Shown: positions 1 through 10,186, counted from the stretch's first letter. The stretch is 64,000 nucleotides of DNA from Candidatus Latescibacterota bacterium (GCA_965243025.1 CBDETY010000003.1:3808001-3872000), one strand, 5' to 3'. Notes: generated from the sequence alone by a model not told the origin. Made by a program: numbers and translations.

Positions 1-1
1 G

Positions 2-1717
2 TTCCTCGTCACTCAGTTGAGGGACGCCGTCCTGAAGCTGAGGGACGAAAGACAGCGGGTAATCCTGGAGAAGATCCACGCCGGCGAGGCGGAGTTCTAC
101 GTGGTGAGGGAGAACGTCGCCCATTCGAAGCTGTATCTCCTCGAGGGCGGGGAAGCGCCGCGGCGGCGGGTGATCGCCGGATCTGCCAACCTCTCGGAGC
201 GCGCCTTTGGCGGCAAGCAGCCGGAAACGCTCCTGGTCTTCGACGACGACGAGGCCGCCTGGGACCACTACTCCCGCGAGTACGGCGCGGTGAAGAGGAC
301 CGCCTCCAACCGCATCGATATACCGGTCGATCTGAAGGCTGCCGAAATCACTTTCACCGACACCCCCGTGCTGCAGGAAGAGGGAGTCACCGTGTTTCAG
401 CCGCCACCGCCTGAGGAGCTGACGGTGCCGCAGGTCCTGCACAAGGTGGAGGAGCTGACGGTGCCGGTGGACCGCATCGTCACGCCGAAGGTGAAACGGG
501 AGAAGGGCCGCTCCATCCTGACTCCGTCGGTCAAGGCGGAGATCAAGAAGCTGCGCTGGGCCAAGGGAGGGCAGGAGGAGGAGGATTCGAGACCGGTGCA
601 GCTGAGTATCGACCGGAACTCCCGCTACGTCTCCCTTTCGGGGAATACCGTATCGCTGGAGGTCGACGGCGAGGGACTGGCCCGGAGCGCCCGGGCGATC
701 GTCGAGTACTTCGACAACTACGAGCGCGGCTTCATCGGCGACGTGCGCCGGCTGCAGCGGGATTACTTCACCTTCATGTCATGGCTTTACGTCTCCCCCT
801 TCATCTGCGACCTGCGCACCCTCGCTACCGTCGAAGGAGCCAACATCGTCCACTACCCTTCCTTCGCGGTGATATACGGCAAGTCGAACTGCGGCAAGAC
901 CAGCTTGGTCGACACCCTCGTCGCCAGCATGTTCGGCCACCCGAGCACGGTCGAGAAGGACCGCTTCACACGCAGCTACCTGCGCGGGTTGCAGCAGAAC
1001 TACCGGCGCTTCCCGGTGGTTTTCGACGACATCACGCGGCGCCGTTTCACCGAGCACGGCCTCGACATCGTAAAGGACGAGAACCTGCCCCCGGTGACCG
1101 AACACCCTTGCTTCGTCATCTCGATGAACGCCGAGCCCCAGTCCTTCCCGGACGAGGTTGTGAAGCGGTGCCTGATGGTCTACACCAACACCTCCCTTCC
1201 CAGTCACAAGCACGCTCTCGCCGACGAGCTGCACTCCAGCGTCGAAAGGATCCGCGCCCGCCTGTCGACCGATCTGTACCGCAGGTATCTCGCCGATATC
1301 ATGGACAGGCTCGAGGACGCGCCGCTGCCGAAGGACATCCTGGAGTTCTCCTCGCAGACCCTGTGCGACCTGCTGCAGAAGCACGCGGGCGCAACGCTGC
1401 CCGACTGGTGCCGGCCGGTATCCTGGGGCGAGTTTGCCGACCGGCGCTACGAGCGCGCGGCGCGGCGGCTCGACGCCCTGCTGGCGCCGGAGAATTTCCG
1501 CAAGGTCGCCGGCGACGGAGAACAGGGATGGAGTCTGCAGGCCGAGTCCCTGGTCGTGTGGGAAAAGGCCGACGCCTTCGGCCGCACCTCGATCAGGAGC
1601 GAAATCCCCGACTTCCTGTACGACGACACCTCGAGCGTGGGGGACACCTTCGTCCTCTGGCACAGACAGACCGAAGATTTTCTCCGACGGAGGATCTCGG
1701 CTCCGGGATTCCGGTAG
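2..1717 (+). CDS. PLD-family (HKD) nuclease fused to a P-loop ATPase, NgoFVII-like restriction endonuclease; 5'-truncated by the window edge
   Basis: Frame is open from base 2. HSKLYLL...IAGSANLS is the PLD nuclease motif; C-terminal Walker A GKSNCGKT and Walker B VVFDD. Confidence 0.75.
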   Translation, partial: FLVTQLRDAVLKLRDERQRVILEKIHAGEAEFYVVRENVAHSKLYLLEGGEAPRRRVIAGSANLSERAFGGKQPETLLVFDDDEAAWDHYSREYGAVKRTASNRIDIPVDLKAAEITFTDTPVLQEEGVTVFQPPPPEELTVPQVLHKVEELTVPVDRIVTPKVKREKGRSILTPSVKAEIKKLRWAKGGQEEEDSRPVQLSIDRNSRYVSLSGNTVSLEVDGEGLARSARAIVEYFDNYERGFIGDVRRLQRDYFTFMSWLYVSPFICDLRTLATVEGANIVHYPSFAVIYGKSNCGKTSLVDTLVASMFGHPSTVEKDRFTRSYLRGLQQNYRRFPVVFDDITRRRFTEHGLDIVKDENLPPVTEHPCFVISMNAEPQSFPDEVVKRCLMVYTNTSLPSHKHALADELHSSVERIRARLSTDLYRRYLADIMDRLEDAPLPKDILEFSSQTLCDLLQKHAGATLPDWCRPVSWGEFADRRYERAARRLDALLAPENFRKVAGDGEQGWSLQAESLVVWEKADAFGRTSIRSEIPDFLYDDTSSVGDTFVLWHRQTEDFLRRRISAPGFR

Positions 1718-1794
1718 CCATGGCGCCGGTGACGCGGGCATTTGCGGCTGCGGGCCCGGCCGCCCCTCCCCGGAAATACGTGGAAAGCCCGGAG

Positions 1795-2664
1795 CTACCC
1801 CTGACCCGGGGCGAAGCGCGGGGGGATCGGCTGGATGATGGCGCGCTGCTCGTCGCTGAGGCTGTCCAGCAGCTCCGGACTCGGCACGTAGTGGAAGCGG
1901 CTGCGCAGGTAGCGGGGCGAGTAGCGGTAGAGCGCAATGCGGCGGCAGCCGTCGTTGGTGCGCGCCGCCGAGCCGTGGGTGATGGCGTCGGTCAGCATCA
2001 GCACGTCGCCGGCCTCGAGGTAGAGCTCCTTCATCCCGAACTGGTTGCCGGCGGCGTCGTCGCTGCGGTAGGTCTGCTCGAGGAGCTTGGGGTGGCGCAT
2101 CGCCGACTTGTGGCTGCCCGGGATCAGGGTGGTGGCCCCGTCCCCGGGGCCGATGTCCTGCAGGGCGCCGATGACGTTGATCTGCCCGACCATCCACTCG
2201 CCGGTGTTCTCCTGGCGGAAGGTCAGGTAGCAGATCGGCAGGGCGCCGCCGCAGTGGATGCCGATGTAGCCGCCGGGGCCGCGCACGTTGAGCAGGTTCT
2301 CGTGGATGGAGATGCCGTTGACGGGGTTGATCCAGCGGCGGCAGTGGCCGATCCAGGCCGGGTAGTCGATCAGGCGCCGGAACACCGCCCCGCCCTCGAC
2401 GATGTTCTGGAAGTTGCAGCCGTCGGCGTCGCTGTAGGTGTGGGTCTCGACGCGGCCGATCCACTCCCCCGGCGCGTCTCCCTGGCGGCGCCTGCCCTCG
2501 ACGTAGCGCCAGTGGTCGTCGACCCACTGGTTCATCTCGTCGAGGTCCCCCCTGGCGATCCCCCCCTTGACGACGATGTAGCCGTTGAGGTCGAACAGGT
2601 AATCGATCAGGTACTCGTCCCGCTCGCCGGCGTCGACCCAGTCCCGCGTCATTAGTCGCTTCAT
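1795..2664 (-). CDS. PhyH-like Fe(II)/2OG dioxygenase with HxG in place of HxD
   Basis: YLFDLNGYIVVKG N-terminus, GATTLIPGSHK, distal ITHGS. Start moved to ATG 2664 (or 2652). Confidence 0.85.
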   Translation of the reverse strand: MKRLMTRDWVDAGERDEYLIDYLFDLNGYIVVKGGIARGDLDEMNQWVDDHWRYVEGRRRQGDAPGEWIGRVETHTYSDADGCNFQNIVEGGAVFRRLIDYPAWIGHCRRWINPVNGISIHENLLNVRGPGGYIGIHCGGALPICYLTFRQENTGEWMVGQINVIGALQDIGPGDGATTLIPGSHKSAMRHPKLLEQTYRSDDAAGNQFGMKELYLEAGDVLMLTDAITHGSAARTNDGCRRIALYRYSPRYLRSRFHYVPSPELLDSLSDEQRAIIQPIPPRFAPGQG

Positions 2665-2911
2665 TTCTCCGGATGTTGCCGTGACTGCAGGCAGGGTAAG
2701 GAACGGCCCCCGGCCGCGCAATTTCCTCCCGAGGCTCCCGGTTGCGGCAGCGCGCGGACTGAACCGGCCGATTGCGATGTCGCGAGCTGCGGCGGCCTTG
2801 CGGCGGTGCCATTCGACCTCCGGCGCGCCTCCGACTCCCCGGGGCTGGCGTCCGTACGCGGCAGCCCGTTCCTTTGGGATTCGCCAAGGACCAACCGCAA
2901 ACCCAACCACC

Positions 2912-3751
2912 ATGAACGAGACTTCGGCGACGGATAATCCGTCCCCATATCTCGCCGGACAGGCCCCGGACGACGAGCTGATCGACAGCTGGGTCGAGCA
3001 GTTCGACCGCGACGGCTGCCTCTTCCTGCGCAACGTGCTGCCGCCGGACTGGTGCGCCGAGCTGCGCGGCGACCTCGACCGCGCCCTCGACGGGCCCGAG
3101 ACCCCCGGCAACCGGAACCGGAGGAAGGAGTCCGGGTCCGGAATCCAGCTCCATCACCGCATGTTCGAGACCAGCGCCGCCAACCTGCGGCTGTTCGACC
3201 TAGAGCCGATCGTCACCTTCGCCGAGCGCCTGGTGGCGGAGACCTGCCACGTCATCCACAACAACAGCTTCCGCACCCCTCCCGGGGGCGGCATCAGCGG
3301 CTGGCACCAGGACGACCCTCCCCATTTCGAGGTGACCCGCGGAGAGCCGCCGACCAACGTGCGGCTGCCGGTGCTGCTGTTCACCTGCAACTACTACCTC
3401 ACCGACGTCGGAACCGCCGGGCACGGCCCGACCCAGACGGTGCCGGGCTCGCACCTGTTCGGCGCCCCGCCCCCGGACCCGATCGAGGGCAGCGGCTACG
3501 AGGATCAGGTGGTCTCCAACACCGGTCCCGCCGGCAGCGTCATCATGTTCAACAACCAGGTCTGGCACCGGGGAGGGCCGAACCAGAGCAGCCGCACCCG
3601 CTACATCACCCAGATCAGCTACGCGCGCCGGGTGATCGGCCACAAGTTCTACCCCTTCATGAACTACCAGATGCCGGAGCACGTGTACGCCGGGGCCGGG
3701 GAGCGCCTGCGGCGGCTGCTCGGCTTCCTGCCGCACGGCGCCTACGGATGA
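2912..3751 (+). CDS. Phytanoyl-CoA dioxygenase (PhyH) family protein
   Basis: FDRDGCLFLRNVL, WHQD, TVPGSH, WHRG; ATG at 2912. Confidence 0.88.
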   Translation: MNETSATDNPSPYLAGQAPDDELIDSWVEQFDRDGCLFLRNVLPPDWCAELRGDLDRALDGPETPGNRNRRKESGSGIQLHHRMFETSAANLRLFDLEPIVTFAERLVAETCHVIHNNSFRTPPGGGISGWHQDDPPHFEVTRGEPPTNVRLPVLLFTCNYYLTDVGTAGHGPTQTVPGSHLFGAPPPDPIEGSGYEDQVVSNTGPAGSVIMFNNQVWHRGGPNQSSRTRYITQISYARRVIGHKFYPFMNYQMPEHVYAGAGERLRRLLGFLPHGAYG

Positions 3752-3869
3752 AGGCCGTTTCTGCCGGACTGGTGCGGCGGGGGCAAATGGCAGGCAAAGG
3801 CGGCCCAAGCGGCCTTGCCGGCGGCATGAGGACTTCAATACAACTCTTCTCGAACAGAGGTAACTGCGG

Positions 3870-4919
3870 ATGACGAAGCTGCGGATGGGGGTGGTCGGCA
3901 TGGGCATGGGCAAGGGCCACGCCCTCGGCTTCCAGGCCCACCCCGGCGCCGAGCTGACTGCGCTGTGCGACATCGACGAAGAACGGCTGCGCAACGCAGC
4001 CGACGAGCTCGGGGTGCAGGAGCGCTACACCGATGCCGCCGACATGTTCGCCAATGCCGGGCTCGACGCGGTCGGCATCGCCGTGCCGAACAAGTTTCAC
4101 GCGCCGCTGACGATTGCCGCCCTCGAGCAGGGGCTGCACGTCCTGTGCGAGAAGCCGATGGCGATGTCGGTGGCGGAGGCGGAGAGCATGAACGAGGCGG
4201 CGGCCAGGGCCGGACGCAACCTTATGATCGATTTCTCCCACCGCTTCACCGAATCGGCGGTCGCGCTGAAACGGCAGGTGGAAGCCGGGTCGGTCGGCGA
4301 CATCTACTTCGGGCGCACCACCTGGCACCGGCGCCGCGGGGTTCCCGGTTTCGGGGGCTGGTTCGGGATCGAGGAGCTGTCGGGGGGCGGACCCCTGGTC
4401 GACCTCGGGGTGCACATGATCGACCTCGCCATGTGGTTCATGGGCTACCCCGAGCCGGTGGCGGTTTCCGGATCGACGTACAGCGAGATCGCCCCTGCCC
4501 TTGCCGCCCGGGAGGGGAAGCAGTTCGACGTCGAGGACCTCGCCTGCGGCCTGGTGAAGTTCGCCGGCGGGGCCACCCTGATCGTCGAGTCGAGCTGGGC
4601 GGTCAATCTGGAGCCGCCCGAGACGATCGCCGTCAACCTGTGCGGCGACAAGGGCGGCCTTTCGTACCGGCACGGGTCCGGCGGCTGGTTTGCCGAGATC
4701 TACAGCGACGAGGGAGGAGATCTCTACACCAAGAAGCTCGACCGCAGAACCGGTCCGGCCCCGTCCGCGTACAGCGACTTCGTCGACAGCATCCTCGAGA
4801 ACCGGCCGCCGCAGGCCACCGGCGACCACGGGCTCAAGGCGATGAAGATCATCGAGGGGATCTACAGCAGCGCCCGCACCGGCAGGGAAGTCCGCTACCC
4901 GGAAGGGGTAACGGCATGA
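3870..4919 (+). CDS. Gfo/Idh/MocA family oxidoreductase
   Basis: GVVGMGMG Rossmann motif, HVLCEKPMA, GGGPLVDLGVHMID. Confidence 0.92.
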   Translation: MTKLRMGVVGMGMGKGHALGFQAHPGAELTALCDIDEERLRNAADELGVQERYTDAADMFANAGLDAVGIAVPNKFHAPLTIAALEQGLHVLCEKPMAMSVAEAESMNEAAARAGRNLMIDFSHRFTESAVALKRQVEAGSVGDIYFGRTTWHRRRGVPGFGGWFGIEELSGGGPLVDLGVHMIDLAMWFMGYPEPVAVSGSTYSEIAPALAAREGKQFDVEDLACGLVKFAGGATLIVESSWAVNLEPPETIAVNLCGDKGGLSYRHGSGGWFAEIYSDEGGDLYTKKLDRRTGPAPSAYSDFVDSILENRPPQATGDHGLKAMKIIEGIYSSARTGREVRYPEGVTA

Positions 4920-5824
4920 CCGGAACGACCGATTTTCCCGCTGAAGAGGTCCTGCAGCTGACTCCGCAAGCCGGCTCCTGGCTGAGGGGGCAGGCGGAGT
5001 CGCGGGGGCAGTCCGCCGCCGAAGTGCTCGGCAGCCTGGTCGAGGAGCGAGCGGCCTCGACTCCAGCATCACCCCCCCTTTCCCCGGACCAGGTGGAGCA
5101 GTACCGCCGCGACGGGTACCTCCTCGTTTCGGGGCTGATTCCCGACGACGCGGCGGCGCGCGCCGAGGAGGCGATGTGGCGCTGCATCGGCTGCGACCCG
5201 GAGAACCCGCCCCCCTCCTGGGAGGACGTCCCCGGAGACCTGCGGCTCTACAACGACCCCGACCTCAAGAACTGCTTCACCCCGGACGTCCTCGCCGCCG
5301 CGGCGCAGATAACCGGGGACGACCTGTCGACGTTCGGCAAGTCGGACACCCACCCCAAGACCTGGCACACCGCCACCTACCTCGAAGCGGAAGCCGCCGG
5401 GGAGGATCTCAGCCGCTTCTACCGCTGGGACTGCGCCTACGCGATCAACATCATGCCCGGGAAGGGGGACGGGGGGGACCGCCCGCACATCGATCACTCG
5501 ATGGGCGGCCACCACCACCGCACCTTCCCGCCGGTGTTCCGGCTCGGGACCCTGATCTTCCTCAACGACGTCGCCCCGAACGGCGGCGGCACGCGGGTGT
5601 GGCCGGGGTCCCACCGCGTTTTCGAGGAGCTGGCGCGCCGGTCGCCCCGGCGCTACGAGTGGAGGTCGGCGTTCATGGAGGACATGGCCGAAATCGACCC
5701 GGGAAAGCCGCTGAGCCTGACGATCTCGCGGGGAGACGCCCTCTTCCTGCATCACCTTCTCGCCCACGCCGGCAGCTTCAACGCCGGCGACCGCCCGCGC
5801 TTCGCGCTCAACATGAAATGGTAG
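4916..5824 (+). CDS. PhyH family dioxygenase with a short N-terminal extension (ribbon-helix-helix-like)
   Basis: ATGA overlap with the upstream stop; YRRDGYLLV, PHID, VWPGSH, LAHAG. Confidence 0.85.
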   Translation: MTGTTDFPAEEVLQLTPQAGSWLRGQAESRGQSAAEVLGSLVEERAASTPASPPLSPDQVEQYRRDGYLLVSGLIPDDAAARAEEAMWRCIGCDPENPPPSWEDVPGDLRLYNDPDLKNCFTPDVLAAAAQITGDDLSTFGKSDTHPKTWHTATYLEAEAAGEDLSRFYRWDCAYAINIMPGKGDGGDRPHIDHSMGGHHHRTFPPVFRLGTLIFLNDVAPNGGGTRVWPGSHRVFEELARRSPRRYEWRSAFMEDMAEIDPGKPLSLTISRGDALFLHHLLAHAGSFNAGDRPRFALNMKW

Positions 5825-5828
5825 ACCC

Positions 5829-6881
5829 ATGCCCGTAATCCAGCACCAGCCCCTCCGCAAGCTCGCCTTCGAAGTCTTCCGCGCCGCCGGCCTTTCCGGG
5901 GAGGACGCCGGCATCGTCAGCGAGCACCTCGTCGACAGCAACCTCGCCGGCCACGACTCGCACGGCGTCTGGTGCCTGCCGCGCTACGTCCCGGGCATGC
6001 GGGAGAACTACGTGACCTGGGAGGAGCGCGAGGTTCTGCGCGAGACCCCCTGCCTGGCGGTCATCGACTGCAAGGGGGGCAACGGCATCGTGGCGACGAC
6101 GCGGGCCCTCGACATCGCCGTGGAAAAGGCCCGGCGGACGACCTTCGGTTTCGTCGGCCTGCGCAACACCACCCACATCGGCCGCCTCGGGGACTACACG
6201 CCGCGGATCGCCGGACAGGGCATGTTCGGACTGGTCTGGCTCAACGGCGGCGGCCTCTTCATGACCCCCAACGGCAGCGCCGACCGGCGCCTCTGCCCGG
6301 AGCCGATCTCCTTCGGCGCCCCGCGGCGGAACGGGCCCCCGTTCATGCTCGACGTGACCATGACGACGGTGGCCGGCGGCAAGATCGAGCAGAAGATCGT
6401 GCGCGGCGACCCGATGCCGGACAACTGGGTGATCGACCGGACCGGCAGCTCCGTCAGCGATGCCATGCAATACCGCGAACGCCCGGAGGAGACCGGGGTG
6501 CCTCCGGTGGGGTGGCCGCAGTTCGGCCACAAGGGGGCCGGCCTGGCGATGATGATCGAGATGCTGGTCGGCCCGCTTTCCCACGCCGGCTGCACCAAGG
6601 GGCCGGGCAAGGGGGGAGGCCAGGGGGTAATGGTGCTGGCGATCGACATCGAGGCCTTCACCGACCTCGACACCTACAAGGACGAGGTGGAGGGACTGCG
6701 GGACTGGGTCTGCTCGGCGCGGCCCCTGCCCGGCTTCGAGCGGGTCTACGCCCCCGGGGAGATCGAGGAGGAGTTCAGGCTGAAGCGGCTGCGCGACGGC
6801 ATCGAGGTGCCGGAGCCGACCTGGGAGCAGATCGCCGCCACCGCCGCCGAGCTGGGCGTCGAGGTGCCGGCGGTCGGCTGA
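5829..6881 (+). CDS. Ldh_2 family (type 2 malate/L-lactate/ureidoglycolate) dehydrogenase
   Basis: GHDSHGV, THIGRLGDY, FGHKGAGLAMMIEML, YAPGEIE. Confidence 0.9.
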   Translation: MPVIQHQPLRKLAFEVFRAAGLSGEDAGIVSEHLVDSNLAGHDSHGVWCLPRYVPGMRENYVTWEEREVLRETPCLAVIDCKGGNGIVATTRALDIAVEKARRTTFGFVGLRNTTHIGRLGDYTPRIAGQGMFGLVWLNGGGLFMTPNGSADRRLCPEPISFGAPRRNGPPFMLDVTMTTVAGGKIEQKIVRGDPMPDNWVIDRTGSSVSDAMQYRERPEETGVPPVGWPQFGHKGAGLAMMIEMLVGPLSHAGCTKGPGKGGGQGVMVLAIDIEAFTDLDTYKDEVEGLRDWVCSARPLPGFERVYAPGEIEEEFRLKRLRDGIEVPEPTWEQIAATAAELGVEVPAVG

Positions 6882-6930
6882 TCGGCCCGCAACCTGCGCT
6901 TTCTGCGATTCGGCAACCGCCGGCTTCTCA

Positions 6931-7791
6931 TCAACCCTTCCGAAACAACGGAGGCCGCTCCCTCAGGGCGGGATCGGCCAGCGCCCCGGCCAGCTCGTCG
7001 ACTTTCTCGCGGTCCGCCCCCCGCCAGCGCAGGTCTTCGAGACTCTCCGCCAGCGGCACGTCGATGCACTTGATCGACCGGTCGCGGTAGTCCAGGGCCT
7101 CGGCGCGTCTGGCGGCAAACGTCCGCGCCAGCTTCTGCCTGCCGCGCACCTCCAGGCTCTCCCACGCCGCCGGGTCTTCCGGGAAGTCCTCCAGGCGTCC
7201 GAACCGGCGGATGGCGGCGGCCGCCGATTTCCGGCCGAACCCCGGAATCCCGGGTATCCCGTCGGAGGGGTCCCCCACCAGGCTCAGGTATTCGGGGATG
7301 CGCGCCGGACCCACCCCGAATTTGGCAACCACCCCCGCCTCGTCGGTCCGTTCCCGTTTGATCCGGTTCAGCAGGATCACCTTTTCGCCGCGGACGCACT
7401 GGGCGAAGTCGTTGTCCGTGGAGCAGATCACGATCTGGTCGAGGAGCGGGTCGGCACCGAACCGGTGGGCGGCCGTGGCAATGGCGTCGTCCGCCTGGTA
7501 CTGCGACATCTTCCAGAGCGCGATCCCAAGAGCGCGCGCCGTTTCGAGGGCCGCATCGTACTGGCTCTGGATGAGGAGGGTGTCGCTCTCTTCGCGGGCA
7601 ACCAGCAGGCCGACGTCGTCGAAGGCAATCGCCGCGTGCGTCACCTCCGGATCCCGCAGCAGTGCGGCCAGGGAGCGGAAGAGCGTCCGCACGGCAGCGA
7701 CCTCTTCCCCGGAGTCGAGCTGTGCCTTCGGGGCGCCGTAGTAACAGCGGAACAGCTCGAAGCTTCCGTCGATCAGGAACAGGGCGGCCAT
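6931..7791 (-). CDS. 5'-3' exonuclease / flap endonuclease (stand-alone PolI N-terminal-like)
   Basis: FLIDGS, QADDAIAT, STDND, LVGDPSDGIPGIPGFGRKSA (H3TH motif). Confidence 0.9.
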   Translation of the reverse strand: MAALFLIDGSFELFRCYYGAPKAQLDSGEEVAAVRTLFRSLAALLRDPEVTHAAIAFDDVGLLVAREESDTLLIQSQYDAALETARALGIALWKMSQYQADDAIATAAHRFGADPLLDQIVICSTDNDFAQCVRGEKVILLNRIKRERTDEAGVVAKFGVGPARIPEYLSLVGDPSDGIPGIPGFGRKSAAAAIRRFGRLEDFPEDPAAWESLEVRGRQKLARTFAARRAEALDYRDRSIKCIDVPLAESLEDLRWRGADREKVDELAGALADPALRERPPLFRKG

Positions 7792-7839
7792 GAATCGCGG
7801 GCGGGTTTCACTCTCTGGTTTGCGAGCGCTTCCAGTGTA

Positions 7840-8448
7840 TCACGGGCTGCGTTCCCGGAGGTTCCGGTACTCCTCCGGCGTATCGACGTCGGCAAAAATC
7901 CAGGGGGTGGAGACCGGCACCTCCACCACGCTTTCGGGGTGTCTGTCGACCACGCTGCGAGCGCCCCGGTCGCCCGACAGCGCCAGCAGCTCCTCCCGGT
8001 AGCCGCCGGCGAAGATCACCGGGTGGCCCCTGCGCCCCTCGTGCGCGGGCAGCAGGATGGCCGACCTTCCCGCCCCGGCGACCCTCCGGCACAGCAGGTC
8101 GACGAGGCCTGCGGTGATCCCGGGCATGTCCCCGAGGGCGACGAGATATCCCGCGGCCGCGGGGTCCGCCGCCCCGATGCCGGTGCGCAGGGAAGCGGCC
8201 ATGCCGGCGGCGAAGTCGTCGTTGGTCGCGACGCGAACCGGGTAGGGCTCCAGCACGGCGGCGACGGTTTCCGCCTCGTGGCCGACCACGACGACGACCT
8301 CATGCAGGGCGGCTCCGGCCAGGGCGTTCACCACAACTGCAAGGACCGGTCTGTCCCCCCACGGAAGCAGCAGCTTGTTCTCCGCTCCCATGCGGCTCGA
8401 GGCGCCGGCGGCCAGGACCACGGCCGAAACGGGGTATCTGCCGGGCAA
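7840..8448 (-). CDS. mocA: Molybdenum cofactor cytidylyltransferase-like nucleotidyltransferase
   Basis: VVLAAGASSRMG-ENKLLL, LGDMP, GHPVIF, DVDTPEEY; adjacent to xdhC and cox genes. Confidence 0.85.
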   Translation of the reverse strand: MPGRYPVSAVVLAAGASSRMGAENKLLLPWGDRPVLAVVVNALAGAALHEVVVVVGHEAETVAAVLEPYPVRVATNDDFAAGMAASLRTGIGAADPAAAGYLVALGDMPGITAGLVDLLCRRVAGAGRSAILLPAHEGRRGHPVIFAGGYREELLALSGDRGARSVVDRHPESVVEVPVSTPWIFADVDTPEEYRNLRERSP

Positions 8449-8461
8449 GAGAAACGGGTTT

Positions 8462-9535
8462 TCAGCGGCGGGGACCGGCCGCCTGTCTGCGCGCCGTCCG
8501 CGAGCGCTTGACGGCCACGATCTCGGCGAGGATGCTGAGGGCGATCTCCGCCGGGGTCTCGGCGCCGATGTCGAGGCCGATCGGCCCCTTGATGCGGTCG
8601 ATCTCCGCCTCGGAAAACCCCGCTTCCTGCAGGCGGGCCCGCCGTTTTTCCTGCGACCTGCGCCCGCCCAGGGCGCCGATGTAGGCGACCGGCGCCTCGA
8701 GGAAACGGTGCAGGGCCTCGTCGTCGATCTTGGGATCGTGGGTCAGCACCGCGCAGTAGCAGTCCTCGTTGAGGTCCCAGCCGTCCAGCAGATCGCCGGG
8801 CCATTTCGCCAACAGCTGCGTCGGCTGCACGGGGAACCGCTCCGGCGTCGCGAACACCTCGCGCGGGTCGATTACCACGGTCTCGAAATCGACCAGAGCC
8901 GCGTACTGGACCAGCGGCAGGGTGATGTGTCCGGCGCCGATGACGAGCAGCTGGTCGCGCCGCGGAAACACCTGCGCGAAGACGGCCTCGCCCGCGACCT
9001 CGACGACGCCGCTCTCGCGGGTATCGTACGCCTCGAGCCCGGCGGCTGCCGCGGTTTCCGTGACCGCGCCCCATGACCCGGCCACCTCCCCTTCGGGGGT
9101 GACCAGCAGGTGGGGGGGAGCCTCCCCCGGCCCCAGGCGGGTCAGCAGGATCGCCGGCCGGTTTCCCTCCACCCGTTCCCTGAGCTGCCTCCAGACCTCG
9201 ACGCTGCCGTCTCCCCCGGCCTGCGGCAGGTGCGGTTCGACCAGGACCGACACCTCCCCCCCGCAGGACAGGCCGACCGACCAGGCGGTCTCGTCGTCGA
9301 CCCCGTAGGTCAGCTTTTTCGGGGCTCCCGTGGCCAGGACCTGCCCCGCCTCCTCGATGACGGCCCCCTCGATGCACCCCCCGCTGACCGAGCCGGCCAC
9401 CTTCATCGCCGCGTCGACGATCATCGCCGAGCCCACCCCCCGGGGTGAGGAGCCCCAGGTCTCGACCACCCGCGCCAGGGCGAACGGCCGCGCGCTCGCG
9501 TCCCACTCGACCACGTCTTTCCAGATATCCCGCAT
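8462..9535 (-). CDS. xdhC: XdhC/CoxI family Moco-insertion accessory protein
   Basis: GSSPRGVG, GSVSGGCIEG, GLSCGG, THDPKID, YIGALG, GPIGLDIGAETPAEIALSI. Confidence 0.92.
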   Translation of the reverse strand: MRDIWKDVVEWDASARPFALARVVETWGSSPRGVGSAMIVDAAMKVAGSVSGGCIEGAVIEEAGQVLATGAPKKLTYGVDDETAWSVGLSCGGEVSVLVEPHLPQAGGDGSVEVWRQLRERVEGNRPAILLTRLGPGEAPPHLLVTPEGEVAGSWGAVTETAAAAGLEAYDTRESGVVEVAGEAVFAQVFPRRDQLLVIGAGHITLPLVQYAALVDFETVVIDPREVFATPERFPVQPTQLLAKWPGDLLDGWDLNEDCYCAVLTHDPKIDDEALHRFLEAPVAYIGALGGRRSQEKRRARLQEAGFSEAEIDRIKGPIGLDIGAETPAEIALSILAEIVAVKRSRTARRQAAGPRR

Positions 9536-9601
9536 CTCCTGCTCCCGCCTTGGGTTATACCATGTTCCGAAGGCCGGGGAATATACGCCCGGCAGGGGCG
9601 A

Positions 9602-9630
9602 TTGACAGCCCCGTACAGCCTTTATATAGT
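9602..9630 (+). promoter_or_regulatory. Near-consensus sigma70 promoter of the coxG-S-L-M operon
   Basis: TTGACA (9602-9607), 17-nt spacer, TATAGT (9625-9630), ~70 nt upstream of coxG. Confidence 0.75.
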
Positions 9631-9702
9631 TGCCCCCCTTTCAGCAGCCCCCCTGCGCCGTCGAGGCCGGTCCCGGCGGCGCTTCCAAAAGCGAGAAACG
9701 GA

Positions 9703-10137
9703 TTGCGTTTCGAAGGCAGCCACAAGCTTCAGACCGACGCCGAATCGGTCTGGAACCTGCTCAACGATCCCGAGGTGCTGGGCCGCTGCACCCCGGGAGT
9801 CCAGAAGCTGGTCCCGATTGAGGGAGAGAAGTACGAGGCGGTCTTCGACATCAAGCTCGGCCCGATCAACAGCGGTTTCGAAGGCACCATCGAGGTCACC
9901 GACAAGCTGCCCCCGGAGAGCTACCGTCTCGTCGTCGACGTCGACGGCAGGATCGGCTCGGTGGCCGCCGAGGGGACTTTCCAGATCAGGCCGGACGGCG
10001 ACGCCGCCCTCGTTTCGTTCGTGGGGAAAGGCAGCATGACCGGCGTCCTCGCGCGCCTGGGACAGCGCGTCATGTCCGGTGTCGCGAGGTTGTTCACGGC
10101 GCAGTTCTTCCAGGCTCTCGAAAAGGAAATTACCTGA
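9703..10137 (+). CDS. coxG: CoxG / SRPBCC family protein
   Basis: TTG start; [28 protein letters not shown]. Confidence 0.85.
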   Translation: MRFEGSHKLQTDAESVWNLLNDPEVLGRCTPGVQKLVPIEGEKYEAVFDIKLGPINSGFEGTIEVTDKLPPESYRLVVDVDGRIGSVAAEGTFQIRPDGDAALVSFVGKGSMTGVLARLGQRVMSGVARLFTAQFFQALEKEIT

Positions 10138-10186
10138 TACCCACACGGCTCCGGGCCTCTCCGGGGCGCCGACAGGAGGTTCATCT

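Noticed and set aside
779-3157. Long Arg/Pro/Gly-rich alternative-frame ORFs (e.g. 779-3157, 10645-12447, 37242-39623, 58373-60541)
   Set aside because: Typical stop-poor shadow frames of high-GC coding DNA overlapping well-supported genes; no recognisable motifs.
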